Positions 17,367 to 25,709 of a stretch of DNA of 64,000 bases are shown one piece after another. A model generated the notes under the pieces. It made no database searches. It was not told the origin of the DNA and saw only the letters and a program-made list of their open reading frames with translations. How positions within the stretch are numbered: position 1 is the first letter of the stretch; each line of letters opens with the position of its first letter. Made by a program: the position numbers and the translations under genes. Source of the DNA: a virus; the IMG/VR virus record IMGVR_UViG_3300045242_000006, positions 33,287 through 97,286 of that record, one strand, 5' to 3'.

Positions 17367-17596
17367 AAGCTACTAAACTTGCACAACTGCTGTTGAAAAC
17401 TGTTGAAGATGAGGGTGGTGATTTTGATGTGGTGTGCCCCGGCGACCACCAAATGTTGTACAAGGTTCAAGGTGTAGAAGTCGGCTTTGTTGAGGACATT
17501 CGAGAGTACCAGATGGAAGAGAAGCACATTGACGATGTAGAGGATTATATCGCTGAGGGTGGCAATCCTACTAAAGTATTTGTGGTGTACGGTTAA
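17363..17596 (+). CDS. Hypothetical protein
   Basis: ATGA coupling. Confidence 0.7.
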   Translation: MKATKLAQLLLKTVEDEGGDFDVVCPGDHQMLYKVQGVEVGFVEDIREYQMEEKHIDDVEDYIAEGGNPTKVFVVYG

Positions 17597-17997
17597 TGAA
17601 CTATGACGATGCCCATATGCAAACTGCTGAAGCTTTCGCTGACAAGAGCCAATGTCCTCGCACAAAGGTGGGGTGTGCTTTGGTATTGGCAAGCGGGATC
17701 GTATCTCCCGGCCTCAACGGCCATGCAAGTGGTGGACCTAATCAATGGGACTTCTCACCTGACGGGAATCCCGAGGTTGTACACGCCGAACTTAATTCGT
17801 TGGGAAAATGTTTGGAGCAAGGACTTAGCACGAGAGGGGCGACAATGTATGTTACGTTATCTCCATGCCTCGAATGCTCAAAGTTGCTGGTTAGAGCGGG
17901 GGTCAGGCGCGTCGTTTATCGGGATGAATATCGCTTGACAACTGGGCTTGATTATTTGAAGAAGTATGGTGTGGAGGTGGAACAATATGCATTATAA
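17596..17997 (+). CDS. dCMP deaminase
   Basis: HAE...SPCLEC motif. Confidence 0.92.
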   Translation: MNYDDAHMQTAEAFADKSQCPRTKVGCALVLASGIVSPGLNGHASGGPNQWDFSPDGNPEVVHAELNSLGKCLEQGLSTRGATMYVTLSPCLECSKLLVRAGVRRVVYRDEYRLTTGLDYLKKYGVEVEQYAL

Positions 17998-18370
17998 TGA
18001 GGCGTTTGCTGACAAGCAGGGTATCTCGGCGGTTGATCGTCAACGTTTGGATTCGAAGTATGAAGAACTATTCGCCGTGCTGGAGAATCCAAGTGAGTGG
18101 AATTCGCCAGAGGCACAAGTGAGGAAGATTGAATTTGATCTACAGAAGCTCTGGAAGTTTCCACAAGACCCTAAGTTCCATCGTTACCAGTTGGAAATCA
18201 AAGGTTGTACTTGCCCAAGGCTTGACAACTTTGAACTGTTCGGGCACACTGCTGACCGATATCGTGTAAGTGATTGCCCTTGGCATTGGAAACCAGAAGA
18301 TGACATTCGTGTGCAAAACGCTTGGGCTGATCGTCAGAAACTGATGGAAGAACGGAGGAATGAAGTATGA
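17987..18370 (+). CDS. Conserved phage hypothetical protein
   Basis: LQKLWKF..D..FH...GCTCP..DN...CPWH. Confidence 0.75.
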   Translation: MHYNEAFADKQGISAVDRQRLDSKYEELFAVLENPSEWNSPEAQVRKIEFDLQKLWKFPQDPKFHRYQLEIKGCTCPRLDNFELFGHTADRYRVSDCPWHWKPEDDIRVQNAWADRQKLMEERRNEV

Positions 18371-18597
18371 CAATTATCGCTGTAGCAATGAGAACTGAAT
18401 CTGGTGACGACTACCTGTCGATGTTCACGGGTGTTGTGAGTCCACAAGACTTTGTAGCACGTGTGGAGAATGAAATGGGAGAAGAACTTGCTTACGTCTA
18501 CCACACTAAAATCGTAGCTGACGGTGAAGCCACTAACATCTACAAACATGCTTTGCAAGAGCGTATCGAACAGTTGATGGAGGAACATTATGATTAA
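18367..18597 (+). CDS. Hypothetical protein
   Basis: Coupled ORF, TESGDDY. Confidence 0.7.
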   Translation: MTIIAVAMRTESGDDYLSMFTGVVSPQDFVARVENEMGEELAYVYHTKIVADGEATNIYKHALQERIEQLMEEHYD

Positions 18598-19780
18598 AAC
18601 TCTATATGGCCTTGACAAGAAAGGCGAGATGAAGGTTTGGACTATTAAAGTTGAGAGAGTTTTCTGTGCACCTAACCCAGAGTCATCCATCACCATTACA
18701 CATGGTAAGCTTGGCGGTAAGCTGACTGAAAAGATTGATTTCATCACTGAGGGTAATCAAGGTCGTGATGCCTATGAGCAAGCTGTGCTTGAGGCTAAAG
18801 CTCGCATCAAGAAGCAAGAAGACAAGAACTACCGTGAGAACAAGGCTGATCTGGAACACCTTGACATTCTGGCTATGCTCGCTGCTGACTATCGTAAGCG
18901 TAGCAAGAGTATTGTGTATCCATGTTACGGCTCTGATAAGTATGATGGTGTCCGTGCTTTGGCGAAGAAACGTGATGGCGTTGTAACCATCGAGTCTCGC
19001 ACATCGCAGATTTACGATATCCCTCACATCCATGAAGCCCTTGTGATTCACATGCAAGATGGCGACATCTGGGATGGCGAAATCTACCTGCATGGTGAAG
19101 CACTTCAAGACATTACGTCTGCTGTTGGTCGTACTGACCCTCAGGCGAAGATTGATGCTGCCAAGCGTAAGGTTGAAAAACTCTCTCAGCCGGGTAGTGA
19201 CTATGAGAAGTTTGAGCTTGCCCAGCAAGAGCTGGAAGAAGCTAAGCTGATTGCATATATCCGTCCACGTCTTGAGTTCCATATCTTTGACGTGCATTCG
19301 GATAAAACGTTCGATGAGCGTGTAAAAGACCTTGACACGTTGACAGGTATTCCGGTAGTATCGCCTTGTATTAAGATCACCCAGTACGTTTGGGTTGCTG
19401 ATGCGGCTGATATGAAAGTCAAGCACGACGATTCTGTGGATCGTGGCTACGAAGGTTTGATGCTCCGTAATTTCAAGGGTGTGTATGAATCTGGCAAACG
19501 CTCTACAGACTTGCAGAAGTACAAAGAGTTTGTGGATGCTGAGTTTGAAATCCTTGATGTAATCCCAGACAAAGAGGATGGCAGTCGATTCGTTGTAAGA
19601 AACAACTTGAACGACCGTACGTTCACTGTGACACTGGGCTCAATGGCTCAACGAGCTGAGTATCTGGCTAACAAAAAGCTTTACATCGGTAAGATGATTA
19701 CTGTAAGCTACCAGTCTCGCTACAAGAAGACTAAGCTACCTCAGTTCCCAACTGGCGTAGTAATTCGTGATTATGAATAA
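18590..19780 (+). CDS. ATP-dependent DNA ligase
   Basis: KYDGVR, DGEIY, EGLMLR, FP motifs. Confidence 0.92.
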   Translation: MIKTLYGLDKKGEMKVWTIKVERVFCAPNPESSITITHGKLGGKLTEKIDFITEGNQGRDAYEQAVLEAKARIKKQEDKNYRENKADLEHLDILAMLAADYRKRSKSIVYPCYGSDKYDGVRALAKKRDGVVTIESRTSQIYDIPHIHEALVIHMQDGDIWDGEIYLHGEALQDITSAVGRTDPQAKIDAAKRKVEKLSQPGSDYEKFELAQQELEEAKLIAYIRPRLEFHIFDVHSDKTFDERVKDLDTLTGIPVVSPCIKITQYVWVADAADMKVKHDDSVDRGYEGLMLRNFKGVYESGKRSTDLQKYKEFVDAEFEILDVIPDKEDGSRFVVRNNLNDRTFTVTLGSMAQRAEYLANKKLYIGKMITVSYQSRYKKTKLPQFPTGVVIRDYE

Positions 19781-19790
19781 GGAGAAAGAT

Positions 19791-20234
19791 ATGACTGATG
19801 CAAACGCTGTAGTAGATGCTGTTCTGGACGCTGTGAAAGATTTCGAAGCGTTGGATACCACTGTTGTACAAGTGCGAAGTGTTCTGAACTTCATGTACGC
19901 TCTGGGATACACTCTGGATATGGGTTCTAAAACTGGCCGTTTTGTAACTGAACAACGTGTGCATCAAGGCAACCGCTTTCTAAGCTTCAGCACTGCGGCA
20001 AAAATGCACAACCTACAAGATGAGCACTGGATCGTAGATCAGGAAACAGGGTCTGCATCTCCAACTTGTGTTCATCTTGTTGTAGGTTTCTCTACGCTCG
20101 GCGTTCGACTTGCACAGGCTTCTAAGCTTGTTAAACAAGTGAAGCTGAGCGTAACTAAGCATGGCCAAGTGCTGACTCTTGACCCAATGGTTGTTCCTCT
20201 GAACAAAGTTGTTGAATCCCTTATCGGAGTTTGA
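19791..20234 (+). CDS. Hypothetical protein
   Basis: AAGGAG RBS; terminator GCCCGCC-ACAA-GGCGGGC-TTCTTT follows. Confidence 0.75.
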   Translation: MTDANAVVDAVLDAVKDFEALDTTVVQVRSVLNFMYALGYTLDMGSKTGRFVTEQRVHQGNRFLSFSTAAKMHNLQDEHWIVDQETGSASPTCVHLVVGFSTLGVRLAQASKLVKQVKLSVTKHGQVLTLDPMVVPLNKVVESLIGV

Positions 20235-20289
20235 CATGAACGCCCGCCCACAAGGCGGGCTTCTTTATCACTAAATTTAGGAGAATACT

Positions 20290-20733
20290 ATGCTTGATCT
20301 GGAAAAACGTGCTGAAGCCTTCGCCACTGAACGCCACAAGGGTCAGAAGTATGGCGATGAAGACTACACATACCACCTTCGTCAGGTTGTAGAGAACGTA
20401 ATCAAGCGTAATCAAGGCCATCCGTTGTTGTCCACTCTGGTTGCCATCGCATGGTTGCACGACGTTCTAGAGGACACTGACACAGAATACCGCGTGGTTG
20501 AGCGTGAGTTTGGTACTGCTGTTGCATACTCGGTCTTAGGTCTGACCAAGCGTGATGGCCTCTCCTACAAAGAGTACATGGAAACAATTGTGAGTGCTGC
20601 TCTTGTACGTGAAGTGAAGATCTGCGATACTATGGCGAATATGGTGGAGAGCATCAAGAGTGGCAACACTAAAGGTTTGATTAAGTACCCACGTCAACTG
20701 ACTATTTTGGTAACAGGAGTTTATTATGAGTGA
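20290..20733 (+). CDS. HD-domain hydrolase (Mesh1/SpoT-like small alarmone hydrolase fold)
   Basis: H.GQ....Y..H, LHDVLEDT, VKI.D...N. Confidence 0.85.
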   Translation: MLDLEKRAEAFATERHKGQKYGDEDYTYHLRQVVENVIKRNQGHPLLSTLVAIAWLHDVLEDTDTEYRVVEREFGTAVAYSVLGLTKRDGLSYKEYMETIVSAALVREVKICDTMANMVESIKSGNTKGLIKYPRQLTILVTGVYYE

Positions 20734-21295
20734 GATTTGGTTTACAAGTGACCTGCACTTTGGTCACGCGAACATCGTTAAATACTGCAACCGTCCTTGG
20801 ACTGTAGAAGACCAAGAGGAAGAGCTTATCACTCGTTGGAATAGCCGTGTTGGGCTGCTGGATGATGTTTATCATCTGGGTGACTTCACTTTTGCTGGTC
20901 GTAAGAAAGCCGACAAGATTGTTGAAATCATCAAACAATTGAATGGTCAAATCACATTCATTAGGGGTAACCATTGTCAAGATGGCCTGTGGGAAGAGAT
21001 TGCTAAACACAATCTGGCTCATATTGTAGATGTCTGCCACTACAAAGAGATTACCATTGACCGCACAAAGGTTTGCATGTTCCACTATCCAATGGAAACT
21101 TGGAATAAAGCACACCACGGTGCATGGCATCTGCATGGCCACTGTCACGCTTCCATGGCTCCACGTGGAAAGCGACTCGATGTAGGGATCGATAATCATC
21201 CTGATCATCAGGTATTCTCGCTAGCTGAAGTCAAGATTCATATGGCTAAACAAGAATTTGTGATTGTAGATCACCATGACGGAGGACGTGAATAA
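20726..21295 (+). CDS. Calcineurin-like metallophosphoesterase
   Basis: SDLH, LGD, GNH, HGHCH. Confidence 0.9.
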   Translation: MSEIWFTSDLHFGHANIVKYCNRPWTVEDQEEELITRWNSRVGLLDDVYHLGDFTFAGRKKADKIVEIIKQLNGQITFIRGNHCQDGLWEEIAKHNLAHIVDVCHYKEITIDRTKVCMFHYPMETWNKAHHGAWHLHGHCHASMAPRGKRLDVGIDNHPDHQVFSLAEVKIHMAKQEFVIVDHHDGGRE

Positions 21296-21516
21296 TGGCA
21301 AAGATGATTGTTGATACCGAGATGAAAGTGGTGCCTGACGTAGTTCCGGGTACTCTCATGATCCATGAAGACCTCCCGCCATACATCGTAATGGCAACAA
21401 GTATTGTTATTGGGGATGAGTTTGCTGGTGTGTCCCTCTCTGATGGTGTGTATGGTGAGCAGTGGGTTATCAGCGAGTACAGTGTATTTCAAGGCAAGTT
21501 ATCACTGGAGCAATAG
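21295..21516 (+). CDS. Hypothetical protein
   Basis: Coupled ORF. Confidence 0.65.
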   Translation: MAKMIVDTEMKVVPDVVPGTLMIHEDLPPYIVMATSIVIGDEFAGVSLSDGVYGEQWVISEYSVFQGKLSLEQ

Positions 21517-21517
21517 T

Positions 21518-22420
21518 ATGTTTGAAGAATTGATAGCTCAAGGGCTTGTAAAACAAAAGCGTTATGAAAACGGCCTGTCTGTGTTCAAGTACGCACGTAA
21601 GGTCTTCTATGATAAGCTCTGGGAGACTGACCCTCTGCTATTGGAAGCACGTGGTATGGTGTTGGATGACGCTGGTAACAAGGTGATCTGGCCCTTCACA
21701 AAGGTGTTCAACTACTTTGAAAACAACGCTGGTGCTGAGTTGCGTCCATCAACTCCAATCATTGCCCCACGTAAGGTGAACGGATTTATGGCTGCTTGCC
21801 GTTACTGGAAAGGTGAGTTGATTGTCTCTACAACTGGCTCTCTCGACTCTGAATTCGCCGTGTTGGCTCGCACGCACATTGAGAAGCTTCAGGGTATTGA
21901 AATCATGGCCTGTAACATGACCGTGTTGTTTGAAATCTGTGATCCATCTGACCCTCACATTGTTGAGGAAGAGGCCGGAGCTTATCTGATCGGTGCACGC
22001 CTCATGCAGAACTGTGCCTACGAGTATGAGATGCTTAACGAAGCTCAGCTTGATGGATACGCTGAGTTGATTGGTGCCAAGCGGCCAGAGACTTTCCGTG
22101 GAACATTTGGTGAGCTTTGGGAGATGGTACGTGAGTGTCGTCATGAAGGTTGGATGGTGATTGACGCTGCCACTCGACAGACAGTGATGAAAATCAAGTC
22201 TCCACACTACCTGTCGAAGAAATTCCTCATGCGAATGGGCGACAAGAAAGTGACTCAGATGTTCACCAACAAGGATGAATTTCTGAAGACGATTGACGAA
22301 GAGTTCTACGCTATCGTACACTACATCACTCGCTGGTGGGGTGAGGATAAGTGGAAAGCAACAACTGAGGGTGATCGCCGTTCGGTCATCGAAAAATACT
22401 TTGAAATGGAGGCACAATAA
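21518..22420 (+). CDS. RNA ligase (Rnl1-like)
   Basis: EARG, PF.K.FN, KVNG, FE, HEGW, KIKSPHY. Confidence 0.88.
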   Translation: MFEELIAQGLVKQKRYENGLSVFKYARKVFYDKLWETDPLLLEARGMVLDDAGNKVIWPFTKVFNYFENNAGAELRPSTPIIAPRKVNGFMAACRYWKGELIVSTTGSLDSEFAVLARTHIEKLQGIEIMACNMTVLFEICDPSDPHIVEEEAGAYLIGARLMQNCAYEYEMLNEAQLDGYAELIGAKRPETFRGTFGELWEMVRECRHEGWMVIDAATRQTVMKIKSPHYLSKKFLMRMGDKKVTQMFTNKDEFLKTIDEEFYAIVHYITRWWGEDKWKATTEGDRRSVIEKYFEMEAQ

Positions 22421-22836
22421 TGAGCAATATGACCTTGAGACTCGACACGGCTGGACTGCGATCTTTGATTGCTGAGAACCCAGCTTTTTCTGTTGAAATC
22501 CAACAAGCTGTACTGAACAACATCCGAAACGACAATATTCAGCAAGCAGTGGTTGATCGTGTCAACGGTTGTCTGGATAAAATGGCTCCACGTGAGAGTT
22601 ACTACGGCTCTGCACGTATCATCAAGGATCAAAAGCTGTTGGAAGTGATTCATGCCACTGTTCGTGCAGAGGTGAGCGAGAGCCTAAAACAAGCCGTTGA
22701 AGATGCTGTGTCGTCCGCGACCAACTCCATTGACCTTCGTATTCGCCAAGAGGTGAAGAAGCTTGCCAAGGAAATCATTCTGGAGTCTTTGACCTCTGCT
22801 GATGCCAGAGCTATTCTGCTGGAGAAGTTGGTATAG
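22420..22836 (+). CDS. Hypothetical protein
   Basis: Coupled ORF. Confidence 0.75.
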   Translation: MSNMTLRLDTAGLRSLIAENPAFSVEIQQAVLNNIRNDNIQQAVVDRVNGCLDKMAPRESYYGSARIIKDQKLLEVIHATVRAEVSESLKQAVEDAVSSATNSIDLRIRQEVKKLAKEIILESLTSADARAILLEKLV

Positions 22837-23228
22837 TGAATCTCTACTTAATTCGTGGCTTGCCGGGTTCCGGCAAGTCTACATTCGCCGCTACATTAGC
22901 TGAGTCTTTGGATTGTCCTCATTACGAGCATGACCAATATCTGTACACAGAAGAAGGTGAATACCTTTGGACGGAAGGGCGTATGGCTTTTGCTTATCGT
23001 CAATGTCTGTTGGACACTGAATCTGTAATGTTACTTGGATCTGACGTTGTTGTATCGAACGTCTTCCCCAAAGGCAAGAGCATGCGTAGCTATCGTAAAC
23101 TGGCTGAGCAGCACGGCTATCGTATCACGTACATTGTTGTAGAGAACCGTCGTGGAGGTGTCAACATCCACGACGTTCCTGCTGATGTGTTGGATAGCAT
23201 GCGTTCTGCATTTCAAATCGAATTATAA
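22836..23228 (+). CDS. P-loop kinase (AAA_33, polynucleotide kinase-like)
   Basis: RGLPGSGKST, VVSN, HDVP. Confidence 0.85.
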   Translation: MNLYLIRGLPGSGKSTFAATLAESLDCPHYEHDQYLYTEEGEYLWTEGRMAFAYRQCLLDTESVMLLGSDVVVSNVFPKGKSMRSYRKLAEQHGYRITYIVVENRRGGVNIHDVPADVLDSMRSAFQIEL

Positions 23229-23237
23229 GGAGGGTCT

Positions 23238-23690
23238 ATGATCAAAGGTAATGAGCTGGCACAACGCGTTAAGGATGCTGTAGAGCAAATGCGGCAGACT
23301 GTGAAGGAAGTGAAACACGACTTCGAAACGTTCATTGTTGATAAGTCGGTGCCGCTTGACGAGCGTTGGAGTGTATGGGAAGACGCCCCAAACGAGTTGA
23401 AAGATCACCAGAGCTGGATCGTCCGCTTCAAGAATCTGCACGATGATGCCATTGGGTATGATGCACTCATTCGCCATGCAGAACGTCATGAAACAGTGCA
23501 CATCACTGACTTGTTCGAAAGCCTTGAAGAGTGTTTTGCAGAATACCAAGAAGGTGAGCCAGATGGCGCCAGTGAGTGGTCACTGCGTTGGTACAAAAAC
23601 AAAGAGAAAGTTTTCGAAAACTTCGACATGGATGCCCTGAAGGAAGAGATTCTTGAGATGAATTTAGGGTCTTTTGAGTACGATTGGTAA
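23238..23690 (+). CDS. Hypothetical protein
   Basis: GGAGG RBS; DKSVPLDERW. Confidence 0.75.
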   Translation: MIKGNELAQRVKDAVEQMRQTVKEVKHDFETFIVDKSVPLDERWSVWEDAPNELKDHQSWIVRFKNLHDDAIGYDALIRHAERHETVHITDLFESLEECFAEYQEGEPDGASEWSLRWYKNKEKVFENFDMDALKEEILEMNLGSFEYDW

Positions 23691-23757
23691 ACCTAAAGGT
23701 TGACAGCATGGGCCACTCGTTATAGAATGGCCCCACACAAACAAAGGAGGGTCTACA

Positions 23758-24627
23758 ATGACCGAGTTTAACGAAAATCTGTTCTACGCTCTCAACCAGA
23801 AACACAGCCAGCGTGTGTCGATTTCCACCATGAAGTTTCCGGGTGGCGAGGTTGGCGTGAATGTCAATACTGGCTCAATCGATGCCTTCACCACACAAGC
23901 TCAGGGTATCATCACTATCACTCTGACTGCAAAAATTCAGAACAGTGACCACCTGATGCAAATGTTCATGGCAACTGACGCCCTGAAGCGTGTCTACCCA
24001 TTTGCAAACATCGACCTTCTGATCCCATACTTCCCGTATGCCCGTCAGGACCGCGTGTGCAACGCTGGAGAGGCTTTGAGCGTGAAGGTGGTAGCTCAGC
24101 TCATCAATGCTATGAAGTACGCCACAGTGACGGTTGTAGACCCTCACAGCCCTGTTCTCGTAGCTGCTCTAGACAATTGTTACGTCATTGAACAATCTGA
24201 TGCCTTTAAACGTATCAAACAGGATTGGCACAACTGGACTATCGTTGCTCCTGACGCTGGTGCAGCCAAAAAGACTGAAGAGTTTGCCAAGCTGGTTGGA
24301 GCTAAGGATGTACTCTACTTCACAAAGAGTCGAGAGCTGTCCACTGGCCGTATTACTGGAATGAAGATGCTCAATCCAGAGATTCTAACTGGTGAGAACA
24401 AGCTTTTGGTGTTGGATGACATCTGTGATGGCGGTCGCACGTTCGTAGAGTTGTATCAGGCGTTTGACGTTCCTGTACACTTCAATTATGATCGTCTGGA
24501 GTTGGCCGTTACTCACGGTATCTTCTCGAAAGGTGTTACGGTGTTGACAGCGGTATACGATCACGTATACACTACAGACACATTGCCACAAGGCGAAAAC
24601 TCTAAACTCACTGTTATCAAACTGTAA
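23758..24627 (+). CDS. prs: Ribose-phosphate pyrophosphokinase-like (Adps candidate)
   Basis: FPGGE, PYARQDR, DPHS, PDAGA, DDICDGGRT, THG. Confidence 0.92.
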   Translation: MTEFNENLFYALNQKHSQRVSISTMKFPGGEVGVNVNTGSIDAFTTQAQGIITITLTAKIQNSDHLMQMFMATDALKRVYPFANIDLLIPYFPYARQDRVCNAGEALSVKVVAQLINAMKYATVTVVDPHSPVLVAALDNCYVIEQSDAFKRIKQDWHNWTIVAPDAGAAKKTEEFAKLVGAKDVLYFTKSRELSTGRITGMKMLNPEILTGENKLLVLDDICDGGRTFVELYQAFDVPVHFNYDRLELAVTHGIFSKGVTVLTAVYDHVYTTDTLPQGENSKLTVIKL

Positions 24628-24637
24628 GGAGATGTAC

Positions 24638-25444
24638 ATGAAAAAGATTATGGCTGGTTTGTTTGGCTTCTTGATGATCGGCGTAATGGCTGTTGATGCA
24701 GGTGCGGCCAGCCGTGTCTCTTCATCTTCATCCCGTTCAAGCTCAAGCTTTTCACGTCCGAGTGTGTCTGCCCCAAAGTCGTATTCGGCTCCGAGTTCTT
24801 CGGGGTCGGGATCGAGCAACGCTGGTCTGAAAGCTTTGGGCTTCAGTCGTCCTGCTTCAAGTCAAACGGTAAAGACACCAAGCGTGAGTGCGAGCCAATC
24901 GCCTAGTCGTGTTACGTCTGCCCCACAGAAGACCACTTCCACCTCTGGTGGTTGGTTCTCTCGCAAGACTGTAAGCTCTACACCAGCAACCACTTATCGT
25001 GCTCCTGTACGTCAAGTGAACAGCCCCGTGGCTTACCGTTCCACTACACGTAATGTTACAGTAGTGCACAACAACTATAGCAGCTACGGTGGAGGATATG
25101 GTGGTCATTATTATGGCGGGTACGGCTACGGTTATCACCCAATGGATGATATGCTCACTGGTATGATGATTGGTTCTATGATGTCTTCCCACCACAACTA
25201 TGGTGGAGGATATAATTCTGGGGCAACTGCTGTACAGATTGAACAGGCAAAGCAAGACCAGCGTATCGAGGATAAGCTGGACGCACTGAAAGAGGACCAG
25301 AATCGGCTGGCGTATAACAACTCCCCAATGGTGCAAACTGGGCAAACAGTTGCTGCACTGCCTGTAGCCCAGCCTCAATGTTTCTTGCCTCAAGATGCAC
25401 CACTGATGATGAACACAAGTTTTTATTGCCAACCGCAAAAATAA
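24638..25444 (+). CDS. Secreted/membrane low-complexity Ser- and Gly/Tyr-rich protein
   Basis: Signal-peptide-like N-terminus, S/R tract, YGGGY repeats. Confidence 0.7.
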   Translation: MKKIMAGLFGFLMIGVMAVDAGAASRVSSSSSRSSSSFSRPSVSAPKSYSAPSSSGSGSSNAGLKALGFSRPASSQTVKTPSVSASQSPSRVTSAPQKTTSTSGGWFSRKTVSSTPATTYRAPVRQVNSPVAYRSTTRNVTVVHNNYSSYGGGYGGHYYGGYGYGYHPMDDMLTGMMIGSMMSSHHNYGGGYNSGATAVQIEQAKQDQRIEDKLDALKEDQNRLAYNNSPMVQTGQTVAALPVAQPQCFLPQDAPLMMNTSFYCQPQK

Positions 25445-25508
25445 AGCTTGACTGAAAGGGCCACTCTGCTAAGATGGCCCCACACAAACGAACAAGAGGA
25501 CGGTAATA

Positions 25509-25709
25509 ATGCACACAGTAATCAAGACTTCTGAAGGGCTGCAATCAACTTTGAGTATTGAAGTTCTTCCAGTGATGGAAGAAACTCCGCAGTGGAAGAA
25601 GGTAGTTATTGCCTGTGAAGATAAAGGTGTCGCTATCCACGTCTTCGACGATGAGATTAGTGAGCTGATTACCGCACTACAACAAGCACAAAAGGAGATG
25701 AATGTATGA
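25509..25709 (+). CDS. Hypothetical protein
   Basis: Follows promoter, coupled to NAMPT. Confidence 0.7.
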   Translation: MHTVIKTSEGLQSTLSIEVLPVMEETPQWKKVVIACEDKGVAIHVFDDEISELITALQQAQKEMNV

